NCBI RefSeq assembly: GCF_963921235.1
Contig: NC_086107.1
Coordinates: 98,148,001 to 98,212,000 of the forward strand
DNA: 64,000 nucleotides
Origin: Mobula hypostoma
Taxonomy: Eukaryota
Direction: 5' to 3'
In this document: positions 45,130 through 56,969 of the stretch, in pieces
Numbering within the stretch: the stretch's first letter is position 1
Layout of the letters: each line of letters begins with the position of its first letter
Made by a program: the position numbers and the translations under genes
The notes under the pieces: generated by a model
Told to the model about the DNA's origin: nothing
Database searches by the model: none
The model's input: only the letters and a program-made list of their open reading frames with translations

Positions 45130-45763
45130 TATACGTTGATCTTAGCAAGGCCTTTGAGAAGGTCCCACAGTCGGCTGGTCCAGAAAGTCAAAGTCAAGTT
45201 TATGGTCACGTACACAGGCACATGTGTGCAGGTACAAGAAACTTACCTGCAACAGCACCACAGATAAATTGCATCAGACAAGCAGCTTTCACAAGGAAAA
45301 CATGCATTAAACATAAATTATACATAATTTCTACAAGAAAACACAATTAAAACAAAATAGCAGAAGTCCATTTTAATGCAGAGTTGTCATAGTATTACTA
45401 AGCTTTAATGATTAGGGTTTTTCCATTTGGTTTGACGGGAAGTAGCTGTTCTTGAACCTGGTGGTGTGGGACTTCAGGCTTCTGTACCTCTGCCTCAACT
45501 GTAAGTATTGTGAGTAGTTTTCAGAATCAGAATCAGGTTTATTATCACTGGCATATGTTGTGAAATTTGCTAACTTAGCAGCAGCAGTTCAACGCAATAC
45601 ATAATATAGAAGAAAAATAAATAAATACAGTATATGCATATTGAATGGATTAAAAATCATGCAAAAACAGAAATAATATATATTAAAAAAGTGAGGTGCA
45701 ATGTCCATTTAAGAATCGGATGGCAGAGGGGAAGAAGCTGTTCCTAAATCGTTGAGTGTGTTC

Positions 45764-48700
45764 TATGCTCCAGGGAATAAAGTCCTAACCTATTCAACCT
45801 TACTCTGTAACTCAATTTCTCAAGTCCCAGCAACATCCTTGCAAACCTTCTCTGCACTCTTTCAACCTTATTAATATCCTTCCTGTAATTTGGTGACCAA
45901 AACTGCACACAATACTCCAAATTTAGCCTCACCAATGCCTTATATAACCTCACCATAACATTCCAACTCTTATACTCAATACTTTGATTTATAAAGGCCA
46001 ATGTACCAAAAGCTCTCTTTATGACCCTATCTACCTGTGACGCCACTTTTAGGGAATTTTGTATCTGTATTCCCAGATCCCTCTGTTCCACTGCACTCCT
46101 CAGTGCCCTACCATTTACCTTGTATGTTCTACCTTGGTTTGTCCTTCCAAAGTACAATACCTCACACTTGTCTGTATTAAACTCCATCTGCCATCTTTCA
46201 GCCCATTTTTCCAGCTGGTCCAAATTCCTCTGCAAGCTTTGAAAACCTTCCTCACTGTCCACTACACCTCCAATCTTTGTATAATCAGCAAATTTGCTGA
46301 TCCAATTTACCACATTATCATCCAGATCATTGATACAGATGACAAATAGCAATGGACCCAGCACTGATCCCTGTGGCACATCAGTAGTCACAGGCCTTCC
46401 CTCTGAGAAGCAATCTTCTACTACCACTCTCTGGTTTCTTCCATTGAGCCAATGTCTAATCCAATTTATATAACCATATAACAATTACAGCATGGAAACA
46501 GGCCATCTCGGCCCTTCTAGACCGTGCCGAACTCCTACCCTATCCTATTCCCACTGACCTGCACTCAGCCCATAACCCTCCATTCCTTTCCTGTCCATAT
46601 ATCTATCCAATTTAACTTTAAACGATAACATAGAACCTGCCTCAACCACTTCTGCTGGAAGCTCGTTCCACACAGCCACCACTCTCTGAGTAAAGAAGTT
46701 CCCCCTTATGTTACCCCTAAACTTTTGTCCTCTAATTCTCAACCCATGCCCTCTTGGTTGAATCTTCCCCGCTGTCAATGGAAAAAGTCTATCCACGTCA
46801 ACTCTATCAATCCCCCTCATAATTTTAAACACCTCTATCAAGTCTCCCCTCAACCTTCTATACTCCAAAGAATAAAGACCTAACTTGTTCAACCTTACTC
46901 TGTAACTTAGGAGACGAAACCCAGGCAACGTTTTAGTAAACCTTCTCTGTACTCTCTCAATTTTATTGACATCCTTCCTATAATTCGGTGACCAGAACTA
47001 TACACAATACTCCAGATTTGGCCTTACGAATGCCTTATACAAATTCAACATTACATCCCAACTCCTATACTCAATGCTCAGATTAATAAAGGCCAGCAAA
47101 CCAAAAGCTTTCTTCACCACCCTATCCACATGAGATTCCATCTTCAGGGAACTATGCACCATTATTCCTAGATCCCTCTGTTCTAAAGCATTTTTTAATG
47201 CCCTACCATTTAACATGTATGTCCTATTTTGATTAGTTCTACCAAAATGTAGCACCTCACATTTTTCAGCATTAAACTCCATCTGCCATCTTTCAGCCCA
47301 CTCTTCTAACTGTCCTAAATCTCTCTGCAAGTTTTGAAAACCTACCTCATCATCCACAACACCACCTATCTTAGTATCATTTGGATACTTACTAATCCAA
47401 TTTACCACCCCATCATCTAGATCATTAATATATATTACAAACAACATTGGACCCAGTACAGATCCCTGAGGCACACTGCTACACACCGTCCTCCAATCTG
47501 ACACACAGTTATCCACCACTACTCTCTGGCGTCTCCCATCCAGTCACTGCTGAATCCATTTTACTACTTCCATATTAATGCCTAACGATTGAACCTTCCT
47601 AACTAACCTTCCGTGTGGAACCTTGTCAAAGGCCTTACTGAAGTCCATATAGGCAACATCCACTGTTTTACCCTCGTCAACTTTCTTAGTAACCTCATCA
47701 AAAAATTCAATAAGATTTGTCAAACATGACCTTCCACGCACAAATCCATGTTGACTGTTCCTAATCAGACCCTGTCTATCCAGAAAATTATATATACCAT
47801 CTCTAAGAATACTTTCCATCAATTTACCCACCACTGATGTCAAACTCACAGGCCGATAATTGCCAGGCTTACTCTTAAAACCCTTTTTAAACAATGGAAC
47901 CACATGAGCAATACGCCAATCCTCCGGCACCATTCCCATTTCTAATGACATTTGAAATATTTCTGTCAGAGCCCTTGTTATTTCCACACTAACTTCCCTC
48001 AAAGTCCTAGGGAATATCTTGTCCAGACCTGGAGACTTATCCACTTTTATATTCCTTAAAAGTGTCAGTACTTCCTCTCCTTATTACCTCTCCATGTATA
48101 CCTAGCGACTGAATCTTCCTAACTAACCTCCCACGTGGGACCTTGTCAAAGGCCTTACTAAGGTCCATGTAGACAACATCCACTGCCTTCGCTTCATCCA
48201 CTTTCCTGGTAACCTCCTCAAAAAACTCTAATAGATTGGTTAAATATGACCTACCACTCACAAAGCCATGTTGACTCTCCCTAATAAGTCCCTGTCTACC
48301 CAAATACTTGTAGATCCTATCTTTTAGTACTCCTTCCAATAAGTTACCTACTACCAACATCAAACTTACCGGCCTATAATTTCCCAGATTACTTTTAGAG
48401 CCTTTTTTAAATAACAGAACAACATGAGCTATCCTCCAATCCTTCGATTGCCCGTAGATACCAACATTTTAAATATATCTGCCAGGGCCCCTGCGATTTC
48501 AATATTAGTCTCCTTCAAGGTCCGAGGAAATACCCTGTCAAGTCCTGGGGAATTATCTACTCTGATTTGCCTCAAGATAACAAGAACCTCCTCCTCCTCA
48601 ATCTGTATAGGTTCCATGACCTCACCACTTGTTTGCCTTATTTCCATTGACTTCATGCCAGTTTCCTTAGTAAATACAGACGCAAAAAAAAACATTTAAG

Positions 48701-49220
48701 ATCTCCCCCATATCCTTTGGTTCCATACATAGCCGACCACTCTGACCTTCAAGAGGTTCAATTTTATCCCTTACTATCCTTTTGCTCTTAATATACCTGT
48801 AGAAGCTCTTTGGATTATCCTTCACCTTGACTGCCAAAGTAACCTCATGTCTTCTTTTAGCCCTCCTGATTCCTTTCTTAAGTTTTTTTTTTGCACTTTT
48901 TATACTCCTCAAGCACCTTATTTGCTTCCTATTTCCTATACATGTCATACATCTCTCTCTTCTTCTTTATCAGAGTTGCAATATCCCTTGAGAACCAAGG
49001 TTCCTTATTCCTATTCACTTTGCCTTTAATCCTGACAGGAACATACAAACTCCACACTCTCAAAATTTCTCCTTTGAAGGCCCCCCACATACCAATCACA
49101 TCCTGGCCAGAGGACAACCTGTCCCAATCCACGCTTTTTAGATCCTTTCTCATTTCTTCAAATTTGGCCTTTTTCCAGTTTAGAACCTCAACCCGAGGAC
49201 CAGATCGATCTTTATCCAAG
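45764..49220 (-). mobile_element. CR1 ORF2 fragment split by a second CR1
   Basis: Minus ORFs 48929, 48667, 48429, 48037 and 45744 are collinear. GIHGEV at ~48085 continues as NWIRHWL at ~46465. Confidence 0.85.
46468..48080 (-). mobile_element. 5'-truncated CR1 nested in CR1
   Basis: DKSPGLD through QRVVAVWNEL. 3' UTR with (GTTATATG)n tail. Confidence 0.85.
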
Positions 49221-50091
49221 ATCTATCTTTATTTAAGATAACTAATTTTTTTCATTTTTATCATCCTCACAGGGCTATAAGTGGCGAGTCCTTAACCCCC
49301 ACTTAGTAAGATAGATCTTCTTCCTCACATGGGTAAATTCTGTTCCTGTATCTTATGACCATAAGGTCTAATTAGCAGAGAGAAGATGGCATGGTCTGTG
49401 TGGTGGGGATCTTTGATTGGAATTGGAATTGGATTAGTACTATCATGTGAACCAAGGGACAAAGTAAAACTTGTCTGGCATACTGTTCATTCAGAATATT
49501 TCATTACAAGTGCATTGAGGTGGTACAAGTTAAAATAGTAACAGAATGCAGAATAAGAACATAAGAAAATAAGAAATAGGAGCAGGAGTCGGCCATCTGG
49601 CCTGTCGAGCCTGTTCCACCATTCAATAAGATCATGGCTGATCTGGCCATAGACTCCATCTCCACCTACCTGCCTTTTCGCCATAACCCTTAATCCCCCT
49701 ACTATGCAAAAATCTATCCAACCTTGTCTTAAGTATATTTACTGAGGTAGCCTCCACTGCTTTATTGGGCAGAGAATTCCACAGATTCACCACTCTCTGG
49801 GAAAAGCAGTTCCTCCTCATCTCCATCCTAACTCTACTCACCCAAATCTTGAGGCTACGTCCCTTCGTCCTAGTCTCACCTTCCAGGGGAAATAACTTTC
49901 CCGCCTCTATCTTATCTATGCCTTTCATTATTTTATATGTTTCTATAAGATCTCCTCTCATTCTTCTGAATTCCAGTGAGTACAGTCCCAGGCGACTCAA
50001 TTGCTCCTCATAGTCTAACCCCCTCATCTCTGGAATCAATCTGGTGAACCTCCTCTGCATCACCTCCAAAGCCAGTATTTCCTTCCTCAAG

Positions 50092-51042
50092 CAACACACA
50101 TAAAAGTTGCTGGTGAACGCAGCAGGCCAGGCAGCATCTCTAGGAAGAGCTGCAGTGATGTTTCAGGCCGAGACCCTTCGTCAGGACTAACTGAAGGAAG
50201 AGTGAGTAAGGGATTTGAAATGTGGAGGGGGAGGGGGAGATCCAAAATGATAGGAGAAGACAGGAGGGGGAGGGATGGAGCCAAGAGCTGGACAAGTGAT
50301 GGGCAAAAGGGATACGAGAGGATCATGGGACAGGAGGTCCGGGAAGAAAGACAAGGAGGTGGGGGGGGACCCAGAGGATGGGCAAGGGGTATATTCAGAG
50401 GGACAGAGGGAGAAGAAGGAGAGTGAGAGAAAGAATGTGTGTATAAAAATAAGTAACAGATGGGGTACGAGGGGGAGGTGGGGCATTAGCGGAAGTTAAA
50501 GAAGTCGATGTTCATGCCATCAGGTTGGAGACTACCCAGACGGAATATAAGGTGTTGTCCCTCCAACCTGAGTGTGGCTTCATCTTTACAGTAGAGGACA
50601 TGTCAGAATGGGAATGGGATGTGGAATTAAAATGTGTGGCCACTGGGAGATCCTGCTTTCTCTGGCGGACAGAGCGTAGGTGTTCAGCAAAGCAGTCTCC
50701 CAGTCTGCGTCGGGTCTTGCCAATATATAAAAGAGTCCCTCCCCCCCTGTCTTTCTTCCCAGACCTCCTGTCCCATGATCCTCTCGTATCCCTTTTGCCT
50801 ATCACCTGTCCAGCTCTTGGCTCCATCCCTTCCCCTCCTGTCTTCTCCTATCATTTCAGATCTCCCCCTCCCCCTCCAGCTTTCAAATCCCTTACTCACT
50901 CTTCCTTCAGTTAGTCCTGACGAAGGGTCTCGGCCTGAAACGTCGACTGCACCTCTTCCTATAGATGCTGCCTGGCCTGCTGCATTCACCAGCAACTTTT
51001 ATGTGTGTTGCTTGAATTTCCAGCATCTGCAGAATTCCTGTC
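50092..51042. mobile_element. Penelope-like insertion with long inverted terminal modules, 15-bp TSD
   Basis: ATTTCCTTCCTCAAG at 50077-50091 and 51043-51057. ~260-bp inverted arms. Internal LLYIGKTRRRLGDCFAEH (-). Confidence 0.9.
50912..50949 (+). ncRNA. Minimal hammerhead ribozyme (best-preserved copy)
   Basis: TAGTC-CTGACGA-A-GGGT-CTCG-GCCT-GAAA-CG-TC-GACTG. Stem I TAGTC/GACTG, core CUGANGA and GAAA, palindromic ACGT, GUC cleavage triplet. Confidence 0.7.
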
Positions 51043-51299
51043 ATTTCCTTCCTCAAGTAAGGAGACCAAAACTGCACGCAGCACTCCAGATACAGCCTCA
51101 CCAGTACCCTGTACAGTTGGAGCATAACCTCCCTGCTCTTAAATTCAATCCCTCTAGCAATGAAGGCCAACATTCCATTTGCCTTCTTGATAGCCTGCTG
51201 CACCTGCAAACTAACTTAAGGTGTAACAGCTACAGAGGGTAATTTGTCTCCTTGAGGTAGCATGACTTGTAGATATCTCAAGTCAGCGTAGGACACATG

Positions 51300-52110
51300 G
51301 GATTCAAAGTGTTTTGGCAAAGTGGAGGCAAAAGGATAGTGGTGGAGAGGTTGCTTTTCTGTAACCAGTGGTGTAGCGCAGGGATCAATGCTGGGAATGT
51401 TGTTGTTTGTCATGTATATAAATGTCTACGGCCTGATAAGGAAATTTGCTGGCAACATGAGTTGGAGATAATGGGGACGGTCACTTGAAGAGACAGAGGG
51501 ACGTAGATCAGCTGAAAAGTAGGGCAGTAGGGCTGATGGGTGGTCATCTAGACTAGAGAGAGGTGATGCATTTTGGGTTGTCTAATACTGGCTTGACATA
51601 TACAGTAAACAGCAGGGACTTCAAAGATGTTGATGCATAAAGGGACATTGGAGTGCAAGTTCACAGCTCCCTGAAAATGTCAATACAGGTGGATCGGCCA
51701 GAGAATAAGGCGTTTGAGTACAAGAGTTTTGACATCAAATTGCAAGGCATAGGTTAGACTACACTTGGAATATCTCGTGTTGTTCTGGTCACCACACTTT
51801 GTGGTTGAGCTGGAAGGAATACAGAAGAGATTCATTAAGATTTTGATTGGAGTTACAAGGAGAGATTCAATAGGCTGGGGCTGTTCTCACCTTATCGAGG
51901 TTAATAAAATTATTAGGGGCATTGATAGAGTCGATAGTCACAGTCTTTGTCCAAGGGTGGGGAAGTCTAAAACGAGAGGACGTAGGTTTATGATGTGAGG
52001 AGAAAGGGTAAGGTTTTTACACAGACAGTGATGGGGATATGGAACAAGGTGTCATAGGAGATGCAGGGGCAGATACAATCACAGTGTTAAAAAGCATTTG
52101 GTAGGATCAG
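51300..52110 (+). mobile_element. Old degenerate CR1 3' half
   Basis: HLEYLVLFWSPH and IIRGIDRVD. Confidence 0.65.
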
Positions 52111-52244
52111 AATGTCGGAGTAATATGGCTTGAAAACAGGCCATTCGGCCCAACTAGTCCATGTCAACTAACGATCCCCATCTAAACTAGACTCATTGGC
52201 CCAGATTTGGCACATATCCTTCTGATATATTTTTTGTAAATCTG

Positions 52245-53335
52245 ATATAGAGTCATAGAACACTACAGCACAAAACCTGGCCCTTTGGCCCATCTAGTCT
52301 GTGCCAAACTATTGATCTGCCTAGTCCCATTGACCAGTACTTGGACCATAGCCCTTCATACCCCTTCCATCATGTACACATCCACATTTTTCTTAAATGT
52401 TGAAATCAAATCCATATCCATCATTTAAGTTGGCAGTTCATTACACACTCCATGAGTGGAGTTCCCCTTAAAGAATTCACCCTTTACCCTTAACCTATGA
52501 CCTCTAGTTCTAGTCTCACCCAACCTCAGTGGAAAAAGACTGCTTGCATTCACCCTATCTATACCCCTCATAATTTTATATACCTCCATCAATTTTATAT
52601 ACCTCCTCTCATTCTTCTACACTCCAGTGAATAAAGTCCTAACCTGGTCAATCTTTCCCTACAACTCAGGTCCTCAAGTCCCAACAACAGCCTTGTAAAT
52701 TTTCTCTTCAATCTTATTGGTATCTTTTCTGTAGGCAGATGGCCAGAACTGCACACGATACTCCATATTAGGCCTCATCAACGTCTTATACAACTTCAAC
52801 ATAACATTTCAAAACCTGTACATGATACTTTGGTTTATGAAGACCAACGTGCCAAAAGCTCTCTTTATGACTCTTATCTACCTATGACACTACTTTCAAA
52901 GAATTATGTATTCCTCAGTGTCCTATTGCTCACTGTGTAAGTCCTACCCTGGTTTGCCCTCCCAAACTGCAACACCTCACTCATGTCTGCATTAAATTCC
53001 TTCTACCATTTTCAGCCCATTTTTCCAGCTGGTCCAGATCCATTGCAAGCTCTGTTAATCTTCCTTGCTGTCCACTACACCCCCTATCTTGGTATCAAGT
53101 ACAAATTTGCTGAATCAGTTTACCAGATTGTAGATGACAACAACAAAGGACCCAGCACCGATCCCTGGAGCACACAACTCGTCACAGGCTTCTGGTCAGA
53201 GAGGCAACCATCTACTACCACTCTCTGGCTTCTACCACAAAGCCAATGTCTAATCCAATTTACTGCCTCATCTTGATGCCAAGTGATTTAACCTTCTCGA
53301 GCAAATTTCCATGCAGGACCTTGTCAAAGGCCTGT
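52245..53335 (-). mobile_element. Old CR1 3' fragment
   Basis: Antisense QGSVLGP and VQFWPS, plus the CR1 3' UTR. Confidence 0.75.
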
Positions 53336-53654
53336 ATCTTTCTCCATATCTTTCTTCTAAAAATTATACATAACTTTTGAATGTTGTGTAAGTTATGCCT
53401 TTGATGTTGGTGCAAGTTATGTTTTCATTACACCTGTGCATACATCACTTAGTTCATATGACAATGACTTTGAGTTTGATTTGAAACCTTTCCTATCCAT
53501 GAGGGGAATAGAAAGATAGGGAACAAATGGAAGAAGATAGGATTAGGATTAGAATCGGAATCAGGTTTATTATCACTAACATATGTCGTGAAATCTGTTG
53601 ATTTGTGGCAGCAGTTCAGTGCAATACATAAGACAATTACGATCATCTTTTTTC

Positions 53655-54250
53655 TGAGGCCTCCGTTGCTCAGAGTTGACCATGGATATTCATTCTAGCT
53701 GTCTAGATACACAAGCCTGAGCAGTACGATATTGGAGGCAAGCTGTTGCCCATGTAGCAAGCTCTCCCTCTCCACGCACCTAATGAACCCAAAGAAACGG
53801 CAGAGACCGATACAGTTTGGTACCAGCGGCATCGCAGGAGTTGCCAGTCAGCGTTGAACTCAATGTTGGACTGCCTTAGGGACTCCAGCTCCAGATTTTT
53901 CCCTCGGGGTTTACTCCCGAAGCCTTCCCCATGAGTGGGTTTGGCCGCAAGGCAACGGAGGTTTGAGATCGGAGTTTTCCTTTTCCTAGATGAGCTGTCA
54001 ACCTCGGCTGACGAGCCCCATCTGCCCAAAGCGACTATTTTTAGGGCACCAGTAACCTGCCTTTGCCCCTTCTCCCATCAGTAGAAACAGTTCCGCTGGG
54101 CTTAGTAGCTAAGCCGCACGTGAAGGCCAGGAGCTGGACTTGGTTGTCAGAGGCTATTGGAGGTGCACACCACTGGGAACATTTAATAGTTAGTGGGAGC
54201 CTGTCCCCATTACCACCCCCCCCAGCTATAACAACCTTAAGGAACCACTG
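53655..54250 (-). mobile_element. Non-autonomous RTE-like element, full copy
   Basis: End-to-end homologue of 28368-28950. Confidence 0.7.
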
Positions 54251-55849
54251 TAATTTACAATACAGTATAGTACCATAAGTTATCTGACTCAGCATAGATG
54301 TGTTGGGCTGAAGGGTCTGTTTCTGTACTCCATGACTAATACTAAGAAAAAACAGAGCACAAGTAGGCCACTTGGTCCCTCAAACTTGCCCTGACTTTCA
54401 ACATGATCACAGCTGATCTGCCCTAGGCCCCAACTCCTCCTCTGCACCAGATCCCCTTCACCCTGAAACCTCCAAACTCCCAACACTGTACCCTCCTTCC
54501 ATTTAAATATTTCAGATGAAATAGCCCCCACACTCTGCAGTCTGGAGAACCTCAGAGACTGTGTGAAGAAATTTCTCCATACCTCTCTTTTTAGATGACT
54601 TTATCAATTCAATAGTCACTTCCCAAATGTGAATTGGTACTTAAAAGAAGGAAGGTGAAGTGAAAGCATGGGTGGAAAGAGCAGGAGTTTGGAGCTAATT
54701 TTTTGAACCAAGACTTCAGAAGAGATGTTATGCCAATGGAACCAAAAAAGGCGGTGAACAGATGCTCTGCTTTTTACCGATGAAGTACAGTTTAGCGAAT
54801 GCTTCCCGATCAGAGTATAGGCAGCAGGTTGAGTGGCAAGCTGGCTGAAACAGCAAAGGACAGATATAGAGGAAAGTGTGGTTCCTTAGGCGGACATGTT
54901 GGGAATTGAGACTCCCGGTTCTGAATCAGGTTCCTTAGGCAGACATGTTGTGAATTGAGACTGCCAGTTCTGAATCAGAACCAAGTTTGTTATCACTGAC
55001 ATAGAGCGTGTCGCGAAATTTGTTGTTTTGCGGCAGGACTACAGAGCAATGCATAAAAAAACGATAAATATATAACAAATCAGTAATTGATGCAAAAAAG
55101 AGCAAAATAATGTTCATAAACACCAGAAATTCTTCAGATGCCGGAAATCCAAAGCAAACACACACAAAATGCTGGAGGAACTCAGCAGTGGAACTGAATA
55201 AACAGTTGATGTTTCGGGCCGAGACCCTGCTTCAGGACCGGAAAGGAATGGAGAAGATGCCAGAATAAAAAGATAGTGCGGGGGTTGGGTGAAGGCGGAG
55301 AGCTAGAAGATGATCGGTGAAGCAACGTGGGTAGGAAAGGTAAAGAATTGTGTTCGTGGTTTCACGGTCCGTTCAGAGATCTGATGGCGGGGGAGAAAGC
55401 TTGTCCTAGAATGTTGAGTGTGTGTCTTCAGGCTCCTGTACCTCCTCCCTGATGATAGCGATGAGATGAGGACATGTCTGGATGGTGACGTTCCTTAATG
55501 AGGGACGCTGTCTTCTATTGAAGATGTTGGAGGGGTTCAGGAGGTTAGGCAGCATCTGTGGAAGGAAATAGACAGACAGCATTTTGGATCAAGGACTCTT
55601 GTGTGTGTTGGCCAAGACTTCCAGCATCTCCCTTAAGATCAATAAGATCTCCCCTCATTCTTACAAGCTCCAGAGAATACAGACCCAACCTGTCTAGCCT
55701 CTCTTGATGGGACAATCTGTTCATACCAGGTTACTTCTTTTGATATGTAAACACCTGTACCAGACTGGAATGCCAAAAGCCAACCTTTCCACTTTTCTGC
55801 AGCACAGCCTTGCCTTTAGCTCACGGCCAATGTGTAGTGAATGAGACAA

Positions 55850-56090
55850 GGTGGCTGGGAGAACGGCCACCTCACAGGTCCAATCCTGACCTCAGGTGTT
55901 GTCTGTGTGGAGTTTGCATGTTCCCTTTGTGACCACTTGGGTTTCCTCTGAGTGCTCCGGGCTTCCCTCCACTTCCCAAAGACGTAGGAATGTAGGGAAA
56001 GTAAAATGGGATGAGTGTAGGCTTGGTCGATGGTCAGTAGGGACCTATTGGGCTGAAGGGCCAGTTTCCCTGTTGTATCTCTGTGGTTTA
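55850..56090 (+). mobile_element. Degenerate V-SINE
   Basis: GTCTGTGTGGAGTTTGCATG...GGGTTTCCTCTGAGTGCTCCGG...CCCAAAGACG, with a CR1-like tail GGGCTGAAGGGCC. Confidence 0.65.
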
Positions 56091-56969
56091 AAGGTTAAAA
56101 CAGCATGGCATTCACCCTGAGGTGCTGCAGCCTGATGGCTGAGCCATGTGACAGTGAGACAGAGACTGAAACACGGGGTGAGACAGTCCGGCTTAAGAAA
56201 CAGCCCAACGCTGACACCTATATGGACTGTGATCAAGGCAACCGTCAGAGGCTGACAAACAGGAACTGAAAGAAGGTCAGAAACTTATCATGGAAACCGT
56301 TTAGAGTCACCCAGACAGAGGAAACAATTGTCACAAATATGAGAGGGTCTCCAAAATCTTGGGAAATTGTATGTTAAAGGCAAGACAACATACATATCCC
56401 CACTTCAATCACATGACAAGCAAATCTATAAGGGCGTAATTTTATTCAGAATGCAAATTTCATGCATCATAATCTGGGAACCAGAACAAACAGAAATCAT
56501 CTCTGTGCTTCTCTCGGCCTTTCACAATATACCATTGTCTCCAACAACAAGAAACGGCCCCATTATTCAAAGGTCGGACGTTCATCTCTGACTTTTTCGG
56601 CAGAACCAGCTGCTTGGATCGGAGCAGGGGCTGTTCGTTTGCTTCCTCTGTGTGTTGACAAGTGCCTGCCCACGGTCTGGGCCTGTCATCAATGAGCTGC
56701 TATTCTCCGCAGTTCCTATAGAATGTGCAGCAGCTTTAACCCCGCAGGGGCACAGCGGCAGCTTCATTCCCATGCCAACGCCAAGGAGCAGGCCGACGTC
56801 GCCACAGGAATGTGAGAAAGAGCAAAGTTACAGTGGCCGGTATCGGCAGGGGCAGTTTCATGTTCTGAGTCAATGATCACTGGGTCAGTTACTGGTTTGA
56901 CCATCACTTCACTCTTCATTCAGTTTGGGGAGACCCAACACCGGACACCTCTTGGAGTAATGATCGCGA

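Larger units (their letters stand above)
49555..51215 (-). mobile_element. CR1 3' fragment split by a Penelope-like insertion
   Basis: QVQQAIKKANG...QFWSPYLRKE continues as LRKEILALEVMQRRF after the insert. Confidence 0.85.

Noticed and set aside
56217..56226. CArG box
   Set aside because: CCTATATGG has only five A/T bases between CC and GG.
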